Assembly (NCBI GenBank): GCA_002104945.1
Contig: MCFH01000023.1
Span: 62,001 to 126,000, forward strand
DNA: 64,000 nt
Direction of reading: 5' to 3'
Origin: Piromyces finnis finn
Lineage: Eukaryota; Fungi; Neocallimastigomycota
Shown here in pieces: positions 50,536-64,000 of this stretch (position 1 is the stretch's first letter; each line of letters begins with the position of its first letter). Position numbers and translations under genes: made by a program. Below the pieces are notes generated by a model. That model was not told the origin of the DNA. It saw only the letters and a list, made by a program, of their open reading frames with translations, and made no database searches.

Positions 50536-52245
50536 GCAGCTAAAGAAATAGTTTTAAAAGAAAATTATAATGAAGATAAAATATTACTACTTTTATTGTA
50601 TTCTGGATATTTAACATTATCCGATGAGAAAGAATATAAAGAAAATATAAATAATATGAATGACCAAGTCGTTCCAGTTTTTATCCTGGTTGTTAAGGCG
50701 TTTCCTTAGCATACATAAGGCTTCTGGTTCGACCCCGCAGATGTCAGTGCCTGTGGATTTTCCCACTGGGTTTGCCATGGGTTGGGTTATGATATTCAGG
50801 TAAGTATAAATGAACTTTCTAATTTACTACTATGATAATAACACTCGTCTAGCCGGCCTGAGAGGGTCTAGTGTACATGGTACATTCCAAATTAGAACTT
50901 AATAAGTGGTGACTTAGGCTATGCCAAAAACACATAATATTCCTTAATCAATTTAAGTGTAAACATTAGGGGGCGGTTGACACGTGATCAAATTGACTAT
51001 AAGAGGCTTAGCATTGTAGTTGTGAAATATCGTACAACGACATGCATCTAATGTACATGGATTAAGTGAGCGTCGAAGCTGAAGAAACAGTATGACAGAC
51101 CAGGAGGGTCACAACCACCTAGCAATAGGAATGAGCCAACGTTTCTCTAAGAACCACCATTGGAGCTAACTCTGATCGATGGGAGAAATGCACTCGGAAG
51201 TTAAAAAAAAAAAAAAAAAAAAAATGAATGACCAAATGACAAAACTGTTATTAGATGAAGTTGAAGTAAATAATTTGTCATTAGATGAACCAAAATCAAC
51301 TAAAGAATATGAAAATTCAAATAAAATTAAAAAATATAAGCATTATATATTAAATAAAATTGATATGTGTAATAAGAAATATGTTAAAATTCCGAATGGT
51401 GAAGTTTTAGATAGTTTTGTTGATTTGCTAAGACCTATTATAGAAAATAAATTAGAAATCACACAAGATAAATCGATTAAAAATTTATTAATGGTATTTT
51501 TAATAAAGAAGTTTCTGTAATTTACGAAAATTTAAATGAATATTTATCAAAATTCAGTGCATATCACTTGTATGTTAAATCCAAAATGTATGAAAATGCT
51601 TATCAAGTATTATTAATGCAAATATTTTTATTTTTTAAAATAAGGGGCTTAACTGCAGAAGAAAATAGTGGATATGGTAGATATGATTTCGGGTTTCCTA
51701 ATACAAATAATTGTGATAAGGAAGTAAAAGAATATATTTTAATTGAAATTAAAGCTTTTAATAAAAATACGAAACCCGATGAAGAAATAAATAAGGAAAT
51801 GGAAGAAAATCAAAATCAAAATAATATCAAAAACCGCCTTTTAAATGAATGTGAAGATGCTATAAACCAAATTGAAGAAAAAGAATATGAAAAAAAATAT
51901 AGAGCTAAAGGATATAATAGTATTGTTAAATATGGTATTGCCTTTTATAAAAGAACTTGTGAAATCAAAATGAAAATAAATGATGGAGAAATACAAAGCT
52001 CATCAAAACCTATTAATGAAGGTAGCAATAATAGAAAAAGAAGAAAAAGAAAAAGAAAAACAACAATAACAACAGGAACAGGAACAGGAACAACAACAGA
52101 GGCACAACAAGAAACAAAAAAGAAAACAAAATCAACAAAGAGCAAAACAACCAAAGCAACAGGAACAAAATCAACAAGGGGCAAAACAGGAAAAGCAACA
52201 AGAAACACAACAAGAAGTACCAGAACAGGAAAAGGGAAAATATAA
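50536..52245 (+). pseudogene. AAA-ATPase-like / PD-(D/E)XK nuclease (PDDEXK_9-type) gene, 5' truncated, SINE-interrupted and frameshifted (~51480)
   Basis: LLLLYSGYLT before the insertion; KIPNGEV; ENAYQVLL; GYGRYD...YILIEIK; CEDAINQIEEKEY...YGIAF. Removing the SINE and one TSD restores the frame (..NNMNDQ|MTKLL..). Low-complexity K/T/R tail. Confidence 0.85.
50668..51223 (+). mobile_element. Complete SINE-like retroposon (556 bp): tRNA-like head, ~21-nt poly-A tail, 12-bp TSD
   Basis: TSD ATGAATGACCAA at 50656-50667 and 51224-51235. B-box GGTTCGACCCC. D-arm-like CCAG..CTGG and anticodon-arm-like GTTAAGG/CCTTAGC stems. No ORF. G+C-richer than host DNA. Confidence 0.85.
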
Positions 52246-52330
52246 AAATGTACTTTTTCATTATAGTTTTATAAATTATTATTAATATTTATTAATATAA
52301 AGAAATTTAAACTATATAAATAAAAAATTT

Positions 52331-52566
52331 AAAAGAGACATTAAAAAATTATTCCCAAGTCTTAAATTATTAGATGAAGATAGTTATAATGATGATATAA
52401 TTGATAATATAAAAGGTTTATCTAATGAATTGAAAACAAAGTTTATTCTTATTATTGATGAATGGGATTATCCCATCAATATAAAATTTTCTTATTTTGA
52501 GGAAATAGATAAAGATAAAAATAAAAAAGAATATAAAAAGGAAAAAAAAGAATATCTTATTAGTTG
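52331..52566 (+). pseudogene. Second AAA-ATPase-like fragment (Walker B region), not in ORF track
   Basis: Translates KRDIKKLFPSLKLLDEDSYNDDIIDNIKGLSNELKTKFILIIDEWDYPI...*. FILIIDEWD is the family Walker-B motif. Confidence 0.75.
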
Positions 52567-54166
52567 AAATAAATTTCAATAAATCAAGTAAGAATTATTC
52601 TTGTATAATTGTAGAATGCGATCGTAAAATGAATTATATTTCATTTAAAAAATCTGATAATGTAAATGTAAATGGAAGTGAAATAAAAGAAATGATATCA
52701 TCTACAAAATATATAAATAATGATGAATCTACTAATGAATTAGATAAAATAGAACATATATCTCTTGAAGAAGAGTCTAAAAAAGATTAAACTATAGAAC
52801 TAAAAAATCTAGAATTAGAAAAAGAAAACATTTATCATTTAAAGAATTAGGAAATAAAAAAAAGAAAAAGCGAAATTGAATCCTATTGTATAGTTAAAGA
52901 TTAATAAGCAGTAGTAAAAAAAAAAATTATTTAATGAAATTAGAAAGTGTATTAAAGTGTAGAGCAGAGATTTTACATCAATTATTAGAAAATGATCATG
53001 ATTGTGAATTAAAATATATAACATTTAAATAGCATGAAAATAAATAAAGGAAGATGTAAATTGAAATTCAATTACATAGCCAAAAAATTAAGAAGTCTTA
53101 GTAAAAGAAATAGTTAAAGTTATTTAGTAAAAAGAAATTATATAGAAATTCAAAAATAAAAAGATTATATTTAATATTATTATCATTATTATAAATAAAA
53201 GCTCTTTTTATTTTCTTTTCGTTGTTTTATAAAAGATAAAATATGTTTTATAAATTAAAAAGTATAATTTATATAATAATTTATATATATACATTATTAT
53301 GACTATCATTATATTAATGTTGTTATTCTTTTTATTTGTATATATATTTTATCATTTTTAATTTTTAAATAAATATACTAACAATAAAATGTTTTTTTTT
53401 TTTATTTTTTATTTTCCTTTTTTTTTTTTTTTAAAAAAAAAAAGACTCTTTAATAATAACATAAAATTTAAAATAATCATAATCTTCCAATAAGAAAGTC
53501 TTATTCCTATATATACCTTGAATATTTTCTTATAAATTTTAATGTCTAAAATAGCCATCTTCACAAAAATAAATATTTTTAATAGTAATTCAATTTTTTA
53601 TATTGTAAGCCAGATTAACAATTTCGTTAACATCTTGACGTTCTATAATTTCGTTTATTGGATACTCTTGACATTATATGTTGTTAAAATTTTTATTCAG
53701 TAATGTTTAATTATAAAAATCAGCATCATTCAAATTTATTTTAATATATTATTCACTGTTACTATCTTTATACCATATACTTAAAAAATTACATTCTTTT
53801 TTAAAACTTACATAATTTGGATTTTCAATTAATAAAAATGTAATATTTTTTTTATTATAAATAAACCTATTAAGAATAAAATTTACATATCATTATATAA
53901 TTTCTATCTTTTATTATTATTATTTTATTTCATTTTATTTCATTTTTAATTAGCATATATTTTCTATTCTTTCTATATTCATATATCCTTACTTTAAAAT
54001 TTAAATTCTTTTATATACATATTTAATATTACACTTTTTTTTTTTTTTTTTTTTTTTTATTGTGAATATACTAATTTATTATTAGCAATAATAAATTACT
54101 TATATCATTTATTTTAAAAAAACTATCTATATTTTTTTTATCATTTTATATAATTTATAGTTAAAA

Positions 54167-55366
54167 TTAATCATAATTTAATTCTTTGAAAATTCCTCCG
54201 TATGCTTGATTTTTTTTAGGCCTTTTATAATATTCCAACACTTCGTTTCTTAATATTTCATTATTTGTAGCATCAAACCACTCATTATTAATTTCTTTAC
54301 GAAGGTTTCTTGATTTTCTATCTTTAAATTTAGCACCTGCAAAATGTATTAAGAATTCACCTTTGATTCTACTATTTAAATATCTGTTAAACCAACTATT
54401 TGGTACTATAACATAATGATTTTGTTGGGTATTTTCACTTAATATATTATTTAAACATGTTTGTTCAGCAAATCTTAAAAATTTGCCTTTGTTATAATAA
54501 GGATATGATAGTGAGTCAATTAATACATTATATGACCATTGATGAACTCTCATAAAAAATACACCAGCATTAAGTCCATTTCTATCTGATGCAGCAATAA
54601 AATGTACTTCATTATCTGTTGGTAGAAAAGTTTCTAATTTAATTTTTGGATTTGTAATTGTTACATCACTGTCTACCCAACTAAAATAATAAATAATAAA
54701 AAAAAAATATTAATATTTTAATTTTAAATAAAAACTATAAATTTATATATTTATTTATTATTATATTTATACTAACAAAATCCAATCATAATTATTTTCT
54801 TTTAACCCTTCAACTATAGTTTCCAATATTACTGAAAGCTTCATAAAATATATATTTTTATCTTTATTATATACCATATTATTTATTTTCAAATCATAAT
54901 TATGAATTTTGGAATATTGATATATTTCACTAATTGCATTTTCATAAATTGAATTTGACTTGACTTTATTAAAGAGCATAATAATTGCAATTCTAGTACC
55001 ATTATTGTTTTTTTCTGATTCGTTATATATGATAGAATTATTTGATAATTTATTATAATTTAATTTAGTTCCATCATCTTTTTTGATATCTACGGTAATT
55101 GGTCCTTTTGTGTCATTAAATTGTAAATAGAAAAAACCAGATGGGAGTTTTTCATCTTTCACTGAATAGATATTATCTTTGCTATCAATAGTTACAAAAT
55201 TACTGTTGTTAACTGTTATGAAAAAGGCATTATAAGTAAGAAATATTGTAGATAAAACAATGAAAGATACATTAAATATTTTTTTTATGCTAACCCAATA
55301 TTTATTTTTAGATTTATGTTTTTTTTCAGATAACACTTCGTCTTGTATATCAATATTATTTATCAT
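54167..55366 (-). CDS. Glycosyltransferase family 34 (GMA12/MNN10-type galactosyl/mannosyltransferase), 2 exons (54777-55366, 54167-54680), 367 aa
   Basis: Type II membrane anchor. The 96-nt intron GTTAGT...TTTTAG (54681-54776) restores NYDWIFWVDSDV (DXD); then NGLNAGVFF, EQTCL, FLIHFAG. Confidence 0.9.
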
Positions 55367-55545
55367 TTTTTTTTTTTTTTAAGGAAAAAAATATTAATTT
55401 TTTTGTTATAATATTTAAACTTTTAATTTACTTTTACCTTATTTTCTTATTTTATTAAAAAATGTTAATTATGTCGATTATTATGTAATAATGATTGTAT
55501 AAGCCACAATAATTTTGTATAAAAATTATTTTTATAATATAAAAA

Positions 55546-55702
55546 CAACTTTTGACAATGGATCTCTTGGTTCTCGCAACTATGAAGAACGCAGCAAAAT
55601 GCGATAAGTAGTGTGAATTGCAGAATACGTGAATCATCGAATCTTTGAACGCATATTGCACTTTTTTAGTTTACTAAAAAAGTATGTCTGTTTGAGTATC
55701 AG
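55546..55702 (+). rRNA. 5.8S rRNA, dispersed copy, probable pseudogene
   Basis: Canonical fungal 5.8S (ggatctcttggttctcgc...gtgaattgcagaa...catcgaatctttgaacgca). The conserved CGATGAAGAAC motif is changed to CTATGAAGAAC (55581). Confidence 0.95.
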
Positions 55703-55916
55703 TAAAATATTCCCATAAAAATCATTGTATTTTTATGGTTATGAGTGTTTTACAAAGATACAAGTTGTTTCACTTTAAATTTTTTTAATATTGAAATTTT
55801 TCTAATTTTAATAATTAAAATTGGATAAAATTTTCCCGTCAAAAGGAATAACCTAAACAATTTTAAACGATTAATTTTAGTAAAATTTTCGAAAAAGGAA
55901 AATTTATTAAAATAAC
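55703..55916 (+). other. ITS2
   Basis: AT-rich spacer between 5.8S and the 28S 5' end. Confidence 0.9.
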
Positions 55917-55950
55917 TTGATCTCAAATAAGATAAGAGTACCCGCTGAAC

Positions 55951-55983
<33 letters not shown>

Positions 55984-56563
55984 AACAAGGATTCCCTTAG
56001 TAACGGCGAGTGAAGCGGGAAGAGCTCAAATTTGAAATCTTCAAGGTTTTACTTTGACGAATTGTAATTTAAAGAAGTGTTTTCTGCTGAAGTTTTGGTA
56101 AAAGTTCTTTGGAATAGGACATCATAGAGGGTGAGAATCCCGTATTTGACCATTATTTTCAGCTTTGTGATACACTTTCAAAGAGTCGGATTGTTTGGGA
56201 ATGCAGTCCAAAATGGGTGGTAAATTTCATCTAAAGCTAAATATTGGTGAGAGACCGATAGCGAACAAATACCGTGAGGGAAAGATGAAAAGAACTATGA
56301 AAAGAGAGTTAAACAGTACGTGAAATTGTCAAAAGGGAAGCGTTTGACACCAGTGTTGTTTTCTCGAAAATCAATTAAAAATGGCTTGATTTTGTATTGC
56401 TGAGACCTTAAAAGCTCACTGTATATTTTTCATGTCTTTTTTAATGCACTTTTCGTTTAACAAGTCAACATCGGTTTCTTTTGTTGTAAAAGGGTCATTG
56501 GAAGGTGGCTTTCTTTTCGGAGAAAGTGTTTATAGCCTTTGGCCTCTGCAATCGGGGAGACTG
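55917..56563 (+). rRNA. 28S (LSU) rRNA 5' fragment (D1 and most of D2), truncated; probable pseudogene
   Basis: acccgctgaacttaagcatatcaataagcggaggaaaagaaactaac...; ends abruptly after gactg (56563). Substitutions in normally invariant stretches (GCGAACAAaTACC at 56269; GAACTaTGAAAAG at 56297). Confidence 0.95.
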
Positions 56564-57224
56564 TTTAAAAATATTTATAATTAAATATTAATAATCAAAA
56601 AAGTACAGATAAATTAGCCATAATAGGATGAAAAATGTAAAACCAATAGTATAAAATAATGGATTTTTTATAGAATTAAAAATAAAATACTTTTTATTTA
56701 TTTTTTATTATATAATGATGAGAGATATCTTAATATTGAATTTAAATATTTAATTATATAAAAATATCAGTTTTTATTTCTAGATGACTTGTTATGTATC
56801 TAAGATAATAATTATTTGTACATAAAAAAATTAATATGAAAGATTATAAAAATTTATATAACAATTAATTAATATAACCTTTTCCTAATATTTAAAATTT
56901 TTAATACCAAACTGGTTATTATCATATCATTTGTTGATTAAAACTATTTTTCTTTAATTAAATCAGTGATAATTGAATTATATAATTTACAAGAATTTAT
57001 AAATGTTATTATAAGACAAATAATAAACTTTTATATTATTCTATTCTATGATTTAAAGGTTGTATTCATATAAATACATATACACAAAAACAAAAAAAAA
57101 AAACGTTATATATTTGTTATTTTCTCTATTATTCTTAGACTTTACATAATTTACTTTTATAAATAATATCCAATATTCTATTGTTAATTAAAAATATTTA
57201 ATTTTGTTTTATAATTATTTAATG

Positions 57225-57255
<31 letters not shown>

Positions 57256-57386
57256 TTTGAATACTTGGAATAAAATAATATATTAACAAAACAAAACAAA
57301 TTTTAATTTTTTTTTATTTCAAAAAAGTTAAAATTTGTTTTGTTTTGTTCATAAAAAAAGTTATTTACAAAATAATTTATAATTTT

Positions 57387-62229
<4,843 letters not shown>

Positions 62230-63380
62230 TTATTTATTATTTTAATAAATATATTTTTATATTATATGATTTTATATTGTTCTATTTAATATATTAATAT
62301 AAATTATAATTATCTTCTTTAAGTTTTATTATTATTATTATTATTATTATTTTTTATTAAATTGAAATATCTACAATGGTATATACTCTAGAATTTATTA
62401 TCCATATTTTTAATTGATAATAATCTAAAAGATAAAAGATAAAAAATAAAAAATAGAGTTTTGAATTTTTTTTTTTAACATCGATTAAATTAAATCATAT
62501 ATCCTTTATCGTCAACTAAATATTAATTTATAAATTTTTATTTCGAAGAGAAATTCTTAATAATAAAGATATTTAAATATTGTAATATTAACCCACCATT
62601 TAATAAAATAATTTGTATTTAAAGATATTATTTAACAAAATAAAAATGATATAAAATATATATAAAAAATATAAAATAAATTTTCAGTAGATTTTTTATA
62701 ATTTTAAATTTTATCCAAATTATAAAATCATATATTTATAGAATATTATTGGAATATCTTTGAACTGTGATTTATATGAATTGGGTATTTTTGAATTGTA
62801 TACCATCTTTATAGTTTTTTTTTATTATATTATTAATTATAATTTTTTATGATTAAATATAGTTAAAATGGTTAAAATTAATTGAATAAATTTTCAGCGA
62901 TTTATTTAATTTAAATAAAAAATAGTGGGATAAAAAAACTTTAATAAACTAAAAAAAAAAAAATATTATTAAATAGAATTAGGATCAATGAATAAAAGAT
63001 TTATAAATGCTAATTACTTTTAAAGTGAAAAATATATATATATTAAACAGAAAAAAAAAAAAAAAAAAAAAAAAAAAGATTATTATCAGAAAATTATTTT
63101 TAATATGATATTTTATATTTTATTTAATTCTTTTATTAATAGATAAGAACTAATGTGGAAAAAAAAATGAAATGAAATACAAAGTATTTGTTGACATTTA
63201 TATATTTTATTCATTGGTAACAATTTTTTAATATACTATTTTTATTTTAAATATAAAGAATATAATTATATTTATATAATTTTTTTTCTTAATCAAATAT
63301 GTTGTATCATTATTAATAAAAATATATTATAATTTTTTTTTATTTGTTAGTTATATTTTCTTTTTTTAATTCAATTTATT

Positions 63381-64000
63381 TTATAATATCATTTTTACGA
63401 ATTCATTATATTGTTTTATTAAGTTTTCGAGTTCTGTTAATGGGAAATTTATTATTGTAGAATTTGTAATTCCTACTTCTTTATATAACCTTTGTAAAGA
63501 AGAGTCTGGATTTGTTTCTAAATCAAATAAAAGGGTGGCTCTATGCTTTATAGCTTCAAACATTTCATTTAAATCATTTTGGAAATGATTTTTACTAACA
63601 TTTCTCCATGCATTTTCCCATTTAACACTTTGATATTTTTGTTTTGGAACTTCTCCAAATATACCATGAGATTCTCCCCAATAACTACCTTGATATTCTT
63701 GCCAAATATAGCCTAATCTTTGACCATTTTTATTATATTCAATTACTTCTGTATTATAAGAACGCCAATGAAATGGATGGGTTCTAGTTGCGAACACAAC
63801 ATTGTCAGCTGCATTCTTTTTAAAAATAGAATTTAATTTAGCAAGAACAATACCTTTATCAGGACTGTTCAAGGATCTGATTTTATTTTCTAATCTTTCC
63901 TTTATATTAAATAATGGTTTACCTAAATCTAAACCAGAAAAAGCATTTTTTTCTCCTGATGGTCCGTCTCCGTTTGGTAAAGTTTCAAGTGGTGCCCCAT
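63381..64000 (-). CDS. Hypothetical protein, C-terminal part (5' end outside the window)
   Basis: The frame is open from the right edge (GAPLETLPNGDGPSGEKNAFSGLDLGKPLF...) through 63381. Trp/aromatic-rich core FHWRSY...GYIWQEYQGSYWGESHGIFG. Family not recognised. Confidence 0.75.
   Translation of the reverse strand, partial: GAPLETLPNGDGPSGEKNAFSGLDLGKPLFNIKERLENKIRSLNSPDKGIVLAKLNSIFKKNAADNVVFATRTHPFHWRSYNTEVIEYNKNGQRLGYIWQEYQGSYWGESHGIFGEVPKQKYQSVKWENAWRNVSKNHFQNDLNEMFEAIKHRATLLFDLETNPDSSLQRLYKEVGITNSTIINFPLTELENLIKQYNEFVKMIL

Noticed and set aside
51075-51200. Hammerhead-like CTGAAGA / CTGATCGA...GAAA strings in the SINE body
   Set aside because: I could not build stems I-III around a CUGANGA/GAAA core, so it is not supportable without a covariance-model search.

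Overview
Very AT-rich eukaryotic DNA from an anaerobic gut fungus (Neocallimastigomycota). The assignment rests on a fungal 5.8S/ITS2/28S fragment, fungal non-catalytic dockerins, a cellulosome scaffoldin-type gene, and GT-AG introns with poly-A/poly-T intergenic DNA. No CRISPR array or prokaryotic operon is present. The window is dominated by one giant minus-strand gene (9644-33037). The two huge ORFs and an upstream signal-peptide exon splice in frame (phase-1 introns 25435-26704 and 32723-32960) into a ~7,300-aa ScaA-like scaffoldin. It carries recent internal duplications, KR (kexin-like) sites in its acidic linkers and a GPI-like C-terminal tail. A dockerin-bearing GH2 beta-galactosidase (57387-62229) is broken by eight single-base deletions, all in homopolymer runs, which are probably assembly errors. 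Other genes: a GT34 galactosyltransferase, a ~700-aa LRR protein behind an 11x40-bp minisatellite, and ankyrin genes. Decayed multicopy families: three bacterial-type secreted PI-PLC genes (two with a shared unrecognised Cys-containing N-terminal domain), each next to a member of a Cys-rich membrane-protein family (four copies), a GT17 fragment and AAA-ATPase-like/PD-(D/E)XK genes. Mobile or dispersed DNA: a complete tRNA-headed, poly-A-tailed SINE with a 12-bp target-site duplication inside the AAA/PD-(D/E)XK gene, a truncated Ty3/gypsy gag with a probable LTR, and an orphan mutated rDNA fragment. The best leads are the SINE, the recurrent PI-PLC + Cys-rich gene pairing, and possible kexin processing and GPI/PI-PLC release of the giant scaffoldin. 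The last two are hypotheses only.
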